In this document: piece by piece, positions 50,117 to 60,662 of the stretch
How the letters are laid out: each line of letters starts with the position of its first letter
Numbering within the stretch: position 1 is the stretch's first letter
From: Azoarcus sp.
Lineage (GTDB): Bacteria; Pseudomonadota; Gammaproteobacteria; Burkholderiales; Rhodocyclaceae
Length of the DNA: 64,000 nucleotides
Direction of reading: 5' to 3'
Assembly (NCBI GenBank): GCA_030656215.1
Contig: JAUSOD010000091.1
Span: 104,356-168,355, forward strand
Translations under genes and position numbers: made by a program
The notes under the pieces: generated by a model
The model's input: only the letters and a program-made list of their open reading frames with translations
What the model was told of the DNA's origin: nothing
Databases searched by the model: none

Positions 50117-50476
50117 GGCAATACTCTGCATTCAGACTTGGGTAAGCGATCGATTTTAGCCCAAGTCCCCGCCTCGCTGCGGGATCACGGCAAAGAAGGA
50201 AAAAAGTGTCCCGAGGTGAAATGAAGCCGGTCGAGAACCGTTTGCAGTCGGGCGCGTCTCACCCACCAACGCCCTTCCACACTCCTCATGCCCCGTCACT
50301 GACGCTTCATTGTGACGTCGCACGTCGGCCTTGAGCGCCTGTGCTACGAGCCTGGTAAGCGCAGAAGGCGCAGGAAATTCATGCAAACATCCCGAACGCG
50401 CTGTAAGAACCGGCGCCAGCTCAACGACCAAGCCTCATTCCCACCAAACTTCATTTCCCGACCACGGACCTCCACC

Positions 50477-51421
50477 ATGTTGATCAAACGCCCTGCGGAC
50501 ATCGAGCCGTCCGAAATCACCCCGCGCGCGCTGTTCGAGGACCGTCGCCGCTTCGTGCTCAAGGCGGGCCTCGGTGCGATCGCAGGCGCTGCACTGTGGC
50601 ATGGCCTGCCACGGGCGGCGCAGGCCGCGCCCGTGAAACTGTCGCCACTTACGCCTTCGCCGCTGAGCACCACCGAGGCGCAAACACCCTACAAGGCGTT
50701 GACCACCTACAACAACTTCTATGAGTTCGGCACCGGCAAGGAAGACCCGGCGCTGAATGCGGGCAAGATGCAAACCCGGCCGTGGACCGTGAAGGTCGAA
50801 GGCCTCGCCGGCAAACCGCGCACCTTCGATATCGACGACCTGCTCAGGCTCGCGCCACTGGAAGAGCGCATCTACCGTCTGCGCTGCGTGGAAGCATGGT
50901 CGATGGTGGTGCCCTGGGTGGGTTTCCCGCTCGCCAGCCTGCTCAAGCAGGTCGACCCGCTGGGCAGTGCGAAGTACGTCGAGTTTGTCACCCATTACGA
51001 CCCGCAGATCATGACTCGGCGCCGCATTCTCGACTGGCCCTATACCGAGGGCCTGCGCCTGGATGAAGCAATGCATCCGCTGACCCTGCTCGCGGTCGGC
51101 CTCTACGGCGAAGTGCTGCCGAACCAGAATGGTGCCCCGCTGCGGCTGGTGGTACCGTGGAAGTACGGCTTCAAGAGCGCCAAGGCTATCGTCGCCATCC
51201 GCTTGCGGGAGACGCCGCCGGCAACCGCCTGGAACACCTCGGCACCGCAGGAGTACGGCTTTTATTCGAACGTCAACCCGGAAGTCGATCACCCGCGCTG
51301 GAGCCAGGCCACCGAACGCCGCATCGGCGATCTGCGCAAACGCCCGACAATGATGTTCAATGGCTACGCCGATCAGGTCGCCAGCCTCTATCAGGGCATG
51401 GACCTGCGCAAGGATTACTGA
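50477..51421 (+). CDS. msrP: Protein-methionine-sulfoxide reductase catalytic subunit MsrP
   Basis: Tat motif [41 protein letters not shown]. Confidence 0.96.
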   Translation: MLIKRPADIEPSEITPRALFEDRRRFVLKAGLGAIAGAALWHGLPRAAQAAPVKLSPLTPSPLSTTEAQTPYKALTTYNNFYEFGTGKEDPALNAGKMQTRPWTVKVEGLAGKPRTFDIDDLLRLAPLEERIYRLRCVEAWSMVVPWVGFPLASLLKQVDPLGSAKYVEFVTHYDPQIMTRRRILDWPYTEGLRLDEAMHPLTLLAVGLYGEVLPNQNGAPLRLVVPWKYGFKSAKAIVAIRLRETPPATAWNTSAPQEYGFYSNVNPEVDHPRWSQATERRIGDLRKRPTMMFNGYADQVASLYQGMDLRKDY

Positions 51422-51444
51422 ACCTGGACCCCCCAGAACTACAC

Positions 51445-52128
51445 ATGAGCACTCCGATGCAGAATCCCACCGCCGATCAGCTCGGCGCCATCAAGGCCAT
51501 GCTCTTCTTGCTGTGCCTTATCCCTGCTGCCCAACTCGTGCTGGGCTGGCGCGCCGACGCGCTCGGCGCCAATCCGATCGAAACCATCACCCACACGACC
51601 GGCGCGTGGACCTTGCGCTTTTTGCTGATCACGCTGGCGATCACGCCCTTGCGCCGCTATAGCGGCCTGCACTGGCTGGTGCGCCTGCGCCGCATGCTCG
51701 GGCTGTTCGCCTTTGCCTACGGCATGGCCCACTTCGCCACTTACCTGTGGCTGGACCAGTATTTCGACTGGTCGGCGATTGCGCGCGACATCCTCAAGCG
51801 CCCCTACATTACCGTCGGCTTCACCGCGCTGGTGTTGATGGTGCCGCTGGCGGCAACGTCGAGCAACTTCGCCATCCGCCGTCTGGGCGGGCGCCGCTGG
51901 CAGGCGCTGCACCGCTCGGTGTACGCGATTGCCATTCTCGGCGTCGTCCATTATTGGTGGCAGGTCAAGGCCGATATCCTGCAGCCGCTGATCTACGCCC
52001 TGGTTCTGGCTGCGCTGCTTGGGGTGCGTGCATGGTGGCGTGAACTGGAGCGCCGCCGCCAACTCGCCGCACCACCACCGATGCAGGTTCCGCTGAAGGG
52101 GCGTGTGATCCGGATCGTGCCGAAGTAG
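51445..52128 (+). CDS. msrQ: Heme-binding membrane subunit MsrQ
   Basis: LRRMLGLFAFAY...H, WQALHRSVY, HYWW. Confidence 0.95.
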   Translation: MSTPMQNPTADQLGAIKAMLFLLCLIPAAQLVLGWRADALGANPIETITHTTGAWTLRFLLITLAITPLRRYSGLHWLVRLRRMLGLFAFAYGMAHFATYLWLDQYFDWSAIARDILKRPYITVGFTALVLMVPLAATSSNFAIRRLGGRRWQALHRSVYAIAILGVVHYWWQVKADILQPLIYALVLAALLGVRAWWRELERRRQLAAPPPMQVPLKGRVIRIVPK

Positions 52129-52219
52129 GCAGGCTTCATTTGGGCGGCTGGCGAAGCTGTATTTGCCGAGCCGCTCGATCAGCCGCGGGCTCCAACCCGA
52201 ATCGCCACCTGCACCGCCA

Positions 52220-52843
52220 TCAGCCCCTGTGGCGGATTGCGTGTTTGGGGCGCCAGGCCTTGATCACGGCCTCGTCGGTTTCGACGTACGGGCCGCCGAT
52301 GAGATCAATGCAATACGGGATCGCGGCAAAGATGCCGACATGGCTCACGCTGCCGTCGGCCGCGCGCACCCCTTCGAGGGTTTCCTTGATCGACTTCGGC
52401 TGTCCGGGCAGGTTCACGATCAGGCTCTGGCCGCGGATCACCGCCACCTGCCGCGACAGGATCGCGGTGGGTACGAAGTTCAGGCTGATGCGGCGCATCT
52501 CCTCGCCAAAGCCGGGCATTTCCTTGTCGCCGACCGCCAGCGTGGCTTCTGGGGTGACATCGCGCACCGCCGGACCGGTACCGCCGGTGGTCAGGATCAG
52601 CGCGCAGCCGGCGATGTCGGCCAGTTCGATCAGGGTTTGTTCGATGATCGACTGCTCGTCCGGAATCAATCGTGCCTCGACCGACCACGGTGAAGTCAGC
52701 GCCTTGCCCAGCCAGTCCTTCAGCGACGGGATCCCCTGGTCTTCGTAACGACCGTCGGACGCCCGATCGCTGATCGAGACCAGGCCGATCCGGATGTGTT
52801 CGCTGACGCATTGGCTGACGTCTTGGCTGCTGTCTTCGCTCAT
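52220..52843 (-). CDS. mog: Molybdopterin adenylyltransferase Mog
   Basis: LVSISDRAS, TTGGTGP, TAILSRQ, NLPGQPKSI. Confidence 0.95.
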   Translation of the reverse strand: MSEDSSQDVSQCVSEHIRIGLVSISDRASDGRYEDQGIPSLKDWLGKALTSPWSVEARLIPDEQSIIEQTLIELADIAGCALILTTGGTGPAVRDVTPEATLAVGDKEMPGFGEEMRRISLNFVPTAILSRQVAVIRGQSLIVNLPGQPKSIKETLEGVRAADGSVSHVGIFAAIPYCIDLIGGPYVETDEAVIKAWRPKHAIRHRG

Positions 52844-53439
52844 GACTGCTCCCCATCGGCATCGTCCTGTTCATCACCCCCCGCGGCAGCGGCGGCCTGC
52901 GCGCCGGCATCGAGATCGCGCAAGACCTTGAAGATCTCGCGAAAAGCCTTCGGTGGCTTGCTGTGTTCGCGTTCCTTCAGCGCATTGCGCCGCAGCGTGC
53001 GCAAGTACTGCACGTCGACGGTGGGCCAGGTATCGACGATGTACTCGACGACTTTTTCGTCGTCGAGCAGGTCGTTGCGCAGTTTCTCCAGCCGATGCTG
53101 ACGTGCGACCTCGACCGACGACAGGCCGCGGAACACGTCGAGCTGAGCCTGGATCGGCTCCGGATCGACCGTACGCATCAGCTTGCCGACGTATTGCATC
53201 TGCCGGCGCAGGGCCTCATCGCGGCGGTTGGTGAAGCGCTGGGCCTCACGGATCGCCAGGTACAGGGGCTCGGACAGCGGCAGTTTGCGCAGGCGCTCGG
53301 GCGACAGCGACACGAGCTCGACACCGAGATCCTGCAGGGCGTGGCTCGCCCGCTTGCGGCTGCTTTTGCTTGGCGGCTCGAGGTCGTCCTCGTCGGGAGG
53401 CGGGCTGTTGAAACGGGATGAGTCAGCGTGAGAAGCCAT
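52840..53439 (-). CDS. yjgA: Ribosome-associated protein YjgA/DarP
   Basis: SKSSRKR...LQDLG, RRQMQYVGKLMR, FREIFKVL; divergent from pmbA as usual. Confidence 0.92.
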   Translation of the reverse strand: MASHADSSRFNSPPPDEDDLEPPSKSSRKRASHALQDLGVELVSLSPERLRKLPLSEPLYLAIREAQRFTNRRDEALRRQMQYVGKLMRTVDPEPIQAQLDVFRGLSSVEVARQHRLEKLRNDLLDDEKVVEYIVDTWPTVDVQYLRTLRRNALKEREHSKPPKAFREIFKVLRDLDAGAQAAAAAGGDEQDDADGEQS

Positions 53440-53503
53440 CGTAGGGCAAGCGTCGGGCGGGATCGGGTTAAGATTATAACCTTTGCTCACCGGTCTCCTG
53501 CCC

Positions 53504-54844
53504 ATGTCCGCTCCCGGCTTCTCCTTCTCCCAGCCGCAGCTGCGCGAAATCGCTGCCGATATCCTCAAATACGCCCGCAAAGGCGGTGCCTCTGCCTGCG
53601 AAACCGACGTCTCCGAAGGCTTCGGCCAATCGGTTGCGGTACGCAAGGGCGAGGTGGACACGATCGAGTACAACCGTGACAAGGGGGTCGGCGTCTCGGT
53701 CTATCTGGGCCAGCAACGCGGCCATGCCAGCACCTCGGATTTTTCCAAAGCCGCACTGAAGGCGACGGTCGATGCCGCACTGTCCATCGCCCGCTTCACC
53801 GCTCCCGACCCCTGCGCCGGCCTCGCCGACAAGGCGCTGATGGCCACCGATTGCCCGGATCTCGACCTGTTCCACCCGTGGGACATCAGCGTGGAAGGCG
53901 GTCTCGACCTCGCCCGCGAGTGCGAGGCCGCCGCGTTTGCCGTCAGCCCGCTGATCAGCAACTCCGAAGGGGCAAACGTCTCGATTCAGCAGTCGCACTT
54001 CGTTTCCGCGAACAGCCTCGGCTTCATGGGTGGCTACGCCAGCAGCCGGCACGGCCTGTCGTGCTCGGTGATCGCCGGCGAGGGCGAGCGCATGCAGCGC
54101 GAATACTGGTACGACTCGCGGCGCGATGCGGCCGAACTGACCAGCGCCGCGGACGTGGGCCGGATTGCCGGCGAACGCGCACTGGCGCGACTCGGGGCGA
54201 AAAAGATCCGTACCTGCCAGGTTCCGGTCATTTTCGAGGCGCAACTGGCGCTGTCCCTCATCGGCAACTTCGTGCAGGCGGTCAGCGGCGGCTCGCTCTA
54301 CCGCAAGTCGAGCTTCCTGCTCGACAGTCTGGGCCAGCCGGTGTTCTCGCCCGTGGTCAGCATCTCAGAGCGTCCGCACCTCAAAAAGGCCTTCGGCACC
54401 TGTTACTTCGACGGTGACGGCGTGGCCACGCAGGATCGCGAAGTCGTCATCGACGGCGTGCTGCAGGGCTATTTCCTGTCCACCTATTCGGCGCGCAAGC
54501 TCGGCATGCAGACCACCGCCAACGCCGGCGGCTCACACAATTTGCGGGTGAGCGCAGGCACGGACGACCTCGCCGGCCTGATCCGCAAGATGGACAAGGG
54601 TCTGCTGGTCACCGAGCTGCTCGGCCAGGGGGTCAACTACGTCAATGGCGACTACTCGCGCGGCGCGGCAGGTTTCTGGGTGGAAAAAGGCAAGATCAAG
54701 CACGCAGTCGAGGAGATCACCATTGCCGGCAACCTGCGCGACATGTTCCGCAACATCGTCGCCATCGGCAACGACGCGCTTCCGCGCGGCGCCAAGCACT
54801 GCGGCTCGATCCTGATCGAACAGATGAAGATCGCCGGACGCTGA
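53504..54844 (+). CDS. pmbA: Metalloprotease subunit PmbA/TldE
   Basis: IEYNRDKG, LYRKSSFL, GDYSRGAAGFWVE, EEITIAGNL. Confidence 0.96.
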   Translation: MSAPGFSFSQPQLREIAADILKYARKGGASACETDVSEGFGQSVAVRKGEVDTIEYNRDKGVGVSVYLGQQRGHASTSDFSKAALKATVDAALSIARFTAPDPCAGLADKALMATDCPDLDLFHPWDISVEGGLDLARECEAAAFAVSPLISNSEGANVSIQQSHFVSANSLGFMGGYASSRHGLSCSVIAGEGERMQREYWYDSRRDAAELTSAADVGRIAGERALARLGAKKIRTCQVPVIFEAQLALSLIGNFVQAVSGGSLYRKSSFLLDSLGQPVFSPVVSISERPHLKKAFGTCYFDGDGVATQDREVVIDGVLQGYFLSTYSARKLGMQTTANAGGSHNLRVSAGTDDLAGLIRKMDKGLLVTELLGQGVNYVNGDYSRGAAGFWVEKGKIKHAVEEITIAGNLRDMFRNIVAIGNDALPRGAKHCGSILIEQMKIAGR

Positions 54845-54988
54845 ACACCGCACCCCGTGAGCCGGGCGCTTCCGACATGTTATGCATGACGACGTCGGCT
54901 TCGCGTCATGTTCCCGACATTTCCCCGCCAAACCGTCATACTCGCAGGATAATGCGGGAACAAATAACAATGACATGGCGGGTGGGAC

Positions 54989-57667
54989 ATGAGCCTGGAC
55001 CAGAGCATCCTGCTTCAACGGCGAATCCAGTTTCTGGCGGTGACGGGTATTCTCGTCACCGGGCTATTGGTCGCGATCGCAACCGCGGTACCGATCTACC
55101 GCCACGCCCATGAACTGGTAGCATCTTCGCTTCAGGCCAGCGCGCTCAGTCAGGCCCAGTCGGCGGGCCAGTTCCTCAGCAGGACAAGCGAGATCGCCCT
55201 CCAGATCGCCAGTCGCAGCGGCGTGCGCGACAAACTCGAGGAATACAACAACTGGCAGATCAGTCTGCCCGATCTGGTGCTGTATTCCGCACCGCGGATC
55301 CGCGACGCACTGGACCAGACCGGCAACATCGCCGGTCTGGTCCGCTTTGACCGCGACAACTACCCGGTGCTGGAACTCGGCCTCCCGCTTCCGGTTGAGC
55401 GTTTACAGGCGCCCGGCCTCGCATCGACGCAGCCCTTGATTGCGGGTCCGGTCATGGTCGGTGCTGCGTTGCGGCTCCTCGTCGTCGTCCCGATCCTGTC
55501 GCGTGACGGGCAGCGGGTCGGCACCGATTTGCTCGCATTCGACATCACCCCCCTGGAGCAACTCCTCTCCACTGCCGCACAGCAAGACGATCAGACACGG
55601 CAACTGCTGTTCAACCGGGACGGTGGCACGCTGACCCGCATTGGCCATTCGGGAGAGCCCAGCCATGTGCTGGATATGCTCGGTTCGGAGCACGACTTGC
55701 TGATGGAGGCCGCCGGCGGCGCGGTCGGGATGAAACGCCTCACCCGTGACGACGGGCGCGTGGAAGTCGCGGTTTTCTCCCCGATGGACGATCTGCCAGG
55801 TTGGGGATTTGCACTGCTCAAGCCGGCGCGCGAGTTCGACACCCCGGTACTGACCCGGCTGATCAGCCCCCTGCTGACCATCATCGCACTCGTGCTCGCC
55901 GGCGCCTGGCTGACGGCGCGCGCCATCCGCCCAATGGCAAGCCGGGTTCTCGCGCAGTCCAGACAACTTGCCGAACTCAGCGAGAGCATGGCACTGGCGG
56001 CGTCGGTGTTCGAGGGCAGCCCGCAAGCCGTGCTGATCCTTGATGCGCATCACCGGATCGTGGAGACGAACCATGCCTGCCAGACCATTACCGGGTTTAC
56101 GGTCGACCAGCTGCGCGGCAGGACACTGTGCGATGCCCTGTGTGTCAATGGCGGAAGCAGCGAGCTCTGCGCACAGTTGTGGGACACCGTCGGACAAGTC
56201 GGCGAATGGCAGGGCGAAACCCGGCTCATGCGCGACAACGGAGAAACTTTCCCCGCTTGGCACAGCGTAAACGCCGTTCGAGATGGATCAGGTCACGTCC
56301 GCCACCACATCTCCATGTTCTCCGACATCGGTGACAAGAAACGCGCGGAGGAGCGCATCCGCCACCTTGCACATCATGACTCGCTGACAAACCTGCCCAA
56401 CCGCAGCCTGCTCGCCGACCGACTTGCGCACGCACTCGATCGGGCGCGCCGTGGCGACGAGCGCCTGGCCCTGCTCTTCATCGATCTGGATCGTTTCAAG
56501 CATGTGAATGACAGCCTCGGCCATCCGGTTGGCGACCGCCTGCTGCAGACCGTGGCACGACGGCTGGACTCCGTCGTACGCGAACAGGACACACTGGCGC
56601 GCCAGGGCGGTGACGAGTTCGTGGTGATCCTGGAGGAGATCGATGACCCCGAGGACGCCGCACGGGTGGCGCTGAAGCTGCTCTCCGCACTGGAAGCGCC
56701 GGTCGTGCTCGACCAGCATGAGATCTTCGTCGGCGCCAGTATCGGCATCAGCCTGTTCCCCGACGACGGAGACAGTAGCGAGGAGCTGTTGCGCAGTGCC
56801 GATTCGGCAATGTACGAGGCCAAGGAGGCCGGCCGCAGCACCTACCGTTTCTATACCGCCGAGCAGACCCGCATCAGCCGCGAGCGCTTCGAACTAGAGA
56901 GCGGCCTGCGCCGTGCGCTCGAGCGCGACGAACTGCGGCTGTTCTTCCAGCCCCAGGCCGACTGCGCCGACGGCCGCTTGATCGGGGTCGAAGCGCTGGT
57001 GCGCTGGCAACATCCCGAACGCGGACTGGTGCCGCCCGACCGCTTCATCCCGCTGGCAGAGGACATCGGCCTGATCGGGCAGATCGGCGATTGGGTGTTG
57101 AACACCGCCTGTGCGCAAGCCCGGCAATGGGAGCTCCAGGGCCGGCCACTCAGGGTCGCGGTGAACCTGTCCGGGCAGCAGATATCACACGGCGATCTGT
57201 TCGACACGGTGCAGTCGGCGTTGCAGCGCTCCGGCCTGTCACCCCATTTGCTGGAACTCGAGATCACCGAAGGGCACATCCTGAAAGGCGTCGAGGCGTG
57301 CATTCTCACGCTGCGCCGGGTCAAGACGCTCGGGGTGACGATGGCCATCGACGACTTCGGCACCGGTTACTCCTCGCTCAACTACCTCAAACGGCTGCCC
57401 GTCGACCGGCTCAAGATCGACCGCAGTTTTGTCGAAGGCATCCCGCTCGACCGTGACGATGTGGCCATCGTGGCCACCATCCTGTCGATGGCCCGCAATC
57501 TTGGCATGGAGATCATTGCCGAAGGCGTCGAGACCACCGCACAACTTGGTCACCTGATCGAGGCGCAGTGCACCGAATACCAGGGTTATCTGCTCGGACG
57601 GCCGGTCCCGGTCGACGAACTCGAAGGCTGGATGGCACAACGTGTAGACAATACCGTCTCAAATTGA
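54989..57667 (+). CDS. Membrane-bound PAS-GGDEF-EAL diguanylate cyclase/phosphodiesterase
   Basis: Two TM helices around a periplasmic sensor, a PAS domain, HDSLTNLPNR, REQD I-site + GGDEF, EALVRW, DDFGTGYSS. Confidence 0.95.
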   Translation: MSLDQSILLQRRIQFLAVTGILVTGLLVAIATAVPIYRHAHELVASSLQASALSQAQSAGQFLSRTSEIALQIASRSGVRDKLEEYNNWQISLPDLVLYSAPRIRDALDQTGNIAGLVRFDRDNYPVLELGLPLPVERLQAPGLASTQPLIAGPVMVGAALRLLVVVPILSRDGQRVGTDLLAFDITPLEQLLSTAAQQDDQTRQLLFNRDGGTLTRIGHSGEPSHVLDMLGSEHDLLMEAAGGAVGMKRLTRDDGRVEVAVFSPMDDLPGWGFALLKPAREFDTPVLTRLISPLLTIIALVLAGAWLTARAIRPMASRVLAQSRQLAELSESMALAASVFEGSPQAVLILDAHHRIVETNHACQTITGFTVDQLRGRTLCDALCVNGGSSELCAQLWDTVGQVGEWQGETRLMRDNGETFPAWHSVNAVRDGSGHVRHHISMFSDIGDKKRAEERIRHLAHHDSLTNLPNRSLLADRLAHALDRARRGDERLALLFIDLDRFKHVNDSLGHPVGDRLLQTVARRLDSVVREQDTLARQGGDEFVVILEEIDDPEDAARVALKLLSALEAPVVLDQHEIFVGASIGISLFPDDGDSSEELLRSADSAMYEAKEAGRSTYRFYTAEQTRISRERFELESGLRRALERDELRLFFQPQADCADGRLIGVEALVRWQHPERGLVPPDRFIPLAEDIGLIGQIGDWVLNTACAQARQWELQGRPLRVAVNLSGQQISHGDLFDTVQSALQRSGLSPHLLELEITEGHILKGVEACILTLRRVKTLGVTMAIDDFGTGYSSLNYLKRLPVDRLKIDRSFVEGIPLDRDDVAIVATILSMARNLGMEIIAEGVETTAQLGHLIEAQCTEYQGYLLGRPVPVDELEGWMAQRVDNTVSN

Positions 57668-57675
57668 ACCGAAGC

Positions 57676-58896
57676 TCAACGGGGCGGCGCCACAGACGCT
57701 TTCAAGGCCTGCAAAACTCGCTGCCCGGCACGACCATCAGCCGTCAGACCGAGTTCGGCCTGCACCACTTTGAGCGCCTCACGAGTGCGTGCACCGATCA
57801 TGCCATCAGGTTCGCCGATGTCATGACCACGTGCAATCAGCAGTTGTTGCACGGTGCGGCGTTCGGCGCGCGACAGCCCCGGATCGTCGGTCGGCCAGGC
57901 GATCACGAATGGCGCACCGCCACGCAGACGGTCGGACAGATGCGCAATCGCCAGCGCGTAGCTTTCTGCTGCGTTGTAGCCGTACAGCGCGTCGAAGTTG
58001 CGACTCACCAGAAAGGCTGGTCCAGCGCCGCCGGCGAGCAACAGCAGGCCACTCGCCGGACCTTGCACCGGCAAGGGCTGCCCATCGACCCGCCTCACCC
58101 CACGCGCGGCCCAGTCTGCCAGTGGCCGTTTGTTGCGCCGCCCGGCAAGCGTGGAGTCGAAGCCCGCAGGCAGCGCCACTTCGAACCCCCAGGACTCATC
58201 ACTGCGCCAACCGCCGCGGCGGAGAAAATTTGCGGTGGAGGCGAGTGCATCGGGCACGCTGTCGACCAGATCACGACGGCCATCCCCATCAAAGTCGACC
58301 GCGAGCCGCATGAAGGTCGAGGGCATGAACTGGGTGTGGCCGAACGCCCCCGCCCACGATCCGGTCAGACGCTCGGGCGCGACGTGCCCCTCTTCGATGA
58401 TCTTCAGCGTGGTAAAGAACTCGCCCCGGAAATAGGTCTGCCGGCGGCCGAAGCACGACAGCGTGGACAGGGAGGTCAGCAAGGGCCGACTGCCGAAATT
58501 GCGCCCGTAATTGCTCTCCACCCCCCAAACCGCCACCACCGTCGCGGGATCGACGCCGTAACTGGCCTCCACCCGCTCGAGCACTTCGCGCCACTGCACC
58601 AGCATCGCGCGCCCATCAGCAACCCGTTCGTCATCGACCAGCGCGGCCATGTAGTCCCAGATCGGGGTCACGAATTCGGGCTGGGCATCGAGAAAACCCA
58701 GCACCGCCCGGTCCGCCTGCAGCGGAGCGGCGTGGGCGTCGAAGGTGGCCAGCGACACCCCACGTTGCACCGATTCGGCCCGCAGACGGTTCAGACAGTC
58801 GGCGAACTCCGGATCGGCGTGAGCGGGAATGGACAGGGAGATGCCTGCAAACAGGGCGAGCAGGCGGGCGGCGGATGCGGGGAGTTTCGATTTCAT
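57676..58896 (-). CDS. Lytic murein transglycosylase (MltB/SltB family) with C-terminal peptidoglycan-binding domain
   Basis: WGVESNYG, GSWAGAFGHTQFMPS, DFDGDGRRD, DGMIGARTR. Confidence 0.93.
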   Translation of the reverse strand: MKSKLPASAARLLALFAGISLSIPAHADPEFADCLNRLRAESVQRGVSLATFDAHAAPLQADRAVLGFLDAQPEFVTPIWDYMAALVDDERVADGRAMLVQWREVLERVEASYGVDPATVVAVWGVESNYGRNFGSRPLLTSLSTLSCFGRRQTYFRGEFFTTLKIIEEGHVAPERLTGSWAGAFGHTQFMPSTFMRLAVDFDGDGRRDLVDSVPDALASTANFLRRGGWRSDESWGFEVALPAGFDSTLAGRRNKRPLADWAARGVRRVDGQPLPVQGPASGLLLLAGGAGPAFLVSRNFDALYGYNAAESYALAIAHLSDRLRGGAPFVIAWPTDDPGLSRAERRTVQQLLIARGHDIGEPDGMIGARTREALKVVQAELGLTADGRAGQRVLQALKASVAPPR

Positions 58897-59065
58897 CGCG
58901 GCATTTTACGCCGTTCGCGGCAGCGGGCGCCTTCGATACATGCTCCGCCGCTCTCAAGCGCTGCTTTGCAGATCGCCGTATTGCGGCCGGTCGCACTCGT
59001 TACGCCGCTCCCGGCACGTCGTTTTCACGCTACGATCCCCGCACCGCAACAATTCACCCCCCCAC

Positions 59066-60001
59066 ATGGACCTCCTCACCGACATCATCCTGCGCGCAGG
59101 TCGCTCTGCGGTGGAGCTTTCACTCTTCGTTCTGCTGCCGATCATGGTGGTGATGCTGTCGCTGATGCGCCTGCTCGAAGCACGCGGCGTGCTCGACTGG
59201 CTGGTGATCCGCCTCGCCCCGGTGCTGCGTCCGGCGGGTCTGACCGGGCTGGGGATTTTCGCCGCGCTGCAGATCAACTTCGTCAGTTTTGCCGCGCCGG
59301 TGGCGACCCTGACCATGATGGAGAGCCGCGGCGCCTCCGACCGTCACCTCGCCGCCACCCTGGCCATGGTAATGGCGATGGCACAGGCCAATGTCACTTT
59401 CCCGATGGCCGCGATGGGCCTGGCCTTCGGCCCCACCTTGGTGCTGTCCCTGATCGGCGGGCTAACGGCCGCCGCCGCCACCTATCATCTTTTCGGCCGC
59501 AGTCTGTCGGCGCTGGAGTCGACGGTGGACGAGACCCTGCACCATCGCGTGGCCGAGGACGCCAAGGGAGTGCTGGACGTGATCAACCGCGCGGGTGCCG
59601 AGGCGTTCAAGATCGCGGTAGGTGCCATTCCGATGCTGGTGCTAGCCCTGGTAGCGGTGATGGTATTGCGCCTGACCGGCGCCATCGACCTGCTCACCGC
59701 CGCACTCGCCCCCGCGCTGCTCGCCGTCGGCCTCGACCCCAACCTGATCCTGCCGACCCTGACCAAGTACATCGCCGGCGGCACCGCCTACATGGGGGTG
59801 ATGGACGAGATGCTGAAAAACGGCACCGCCACAGTCGAGACACTTAACAGCAGTGCCGGATTCCTGATCCATCCGCTCGACGTGGCCGGCGTCGCGGTAC
59901 TGATCTCGGCCGGACGGCGCGTGGCCAGGGTATGGAAACCGGCCGCACTTGGCGCGGTCGTCGGCATCACGATCCGAACCCTCGGCCACGGTTTTCTTTG
60001 A
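59066..60001 (+). CDS. Nucleoside-recognition (gate) domain membrane protein, SpmA/SpmB-like
   Basis: Hydrophobic; two gate-like repeats (LMRLLEARGVLDWL...LAP; LRLTGAIDLL...LAP). Confidence 0.75.
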   Translation: MDLLTDIILRAGRSAVELSLFVLLPIMVVMLSLMRLLEARGVLDWLVIRLAPVLRPAGLTGLGIFAALQINFVSFAAPVATLTMMESRGASDRHLAATLAMVMAMAQANVTFPMAAMGLAFGPTLVLSLIGGLTAAAATYHLFGRSLSALESTVDETLHHRVAEDAKGVLDVINRAGAEAFKIAVGAIPMLVLALVAVMVLRLTGAIDLLTAALAPALLAVGLDPNLILPTLTKYIAGGTAYMGVMDEMLKNGTATVETLNSSAGFLIHPLDVAGVAVLISAGRRVARVWKPAALGAVVGITIRTLGHGFL

Positions 60002-60021
60002 ATCACCCCCGGACCGTTCCC

Positions 60022-60211
60022 GGGTGGGGCGTGGAGGGGTTGGGTGGGCTGTCAGGAGCGCCGTTGCGAAATGTACCGATGGGGAAACAAGGCGATGCAT
60101 GTCTGAGGGAGCGCAGCGACCGAGTTTGCATCGCCGCCCCAGCGGTACATTTCGCAACGGGAAGCCGAAGGCCGCGAGTGTCTGCCCGCCCAGCACCTCC
60201 ACGCCCCACCC
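60022..60211. repeat. Long nested-palindrome intergenic element, copy 2
   Basis: 28-bp outer stem (60022-60049/60184-60211), 24-bp inner stem (60061-60084/60137-60160); loops shared with copy 1. Confidence 0.85.
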
Positions 60212-60302
60212 AGCCCCCAGCCCGGACACCCCCACTCTCCTGCTGAAGCGGTTAATCTCGCGACCTTGAGAACCACGCCCCTGCCCTGAAGGGAGACCTG
60301 CC

Positions 60303-60662
60303 ATGCTCCAAGCCCTGACCATCCTGCTCGTCTATCAACTCGTCGGCGAAGTGGCTGCCCGTGCGCTCGGCCTGCCCGTACCCGGCCCAGTCATCGGCAT
60401 GGCATTGCTCTTCCTCACCCTGATGCTGCGCGGCGGGCCGACCGAATCCCTGCGCCACACCGCCGGCACCCTGCTCCAGCATCTGTCGCTGCTGTTCGTG
60501 CCCGCCGGCACCGGCATCGTGCTGTACGGCACCCGGTTGGCCGACGAGTGGCTACCGCTAACGGCCGCACTGATCGGCAGCACCTTCCTGACCATTGCCG
60601 TCACCGCCCTTCTGCTCAAGGCCCTGGGCCGACGCAGCCGGCATCCGGAGACGCCACAATGA
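60303..60662 (+). CDS. CidA/LrgA family membrane protein
   Basis: LPVPGPVIGM, LSLLFVPAGTG. Confidence 0.92.
   Translation: MLQALTILLVYQLVGEVAARALGLPVPGPVIGMALLFLTLMLRGGPTESLRHTAGTLLQHLSLLFVPAGTGIVLYGTRLADEWLPLTAALIGSTFLTIAVTALLLKALGRRSRHPETPQ

Noticed and set aside
50156-50431. Small minus-strand ORF between DAHP synthase and msrP
   Set aside because: No convincing start/SD or family motif; may be a gene remnant but unsupported.
54870-54930. Short direct/inverted motifs (CCGACAT, CATGACG...CGTCATG) upstream of the GGDEF-EAL gene as a c-di-GMP riboswitch
   Set aside because: No GEMM-type GNRA/receptor architecture recognised; repeats are too short.
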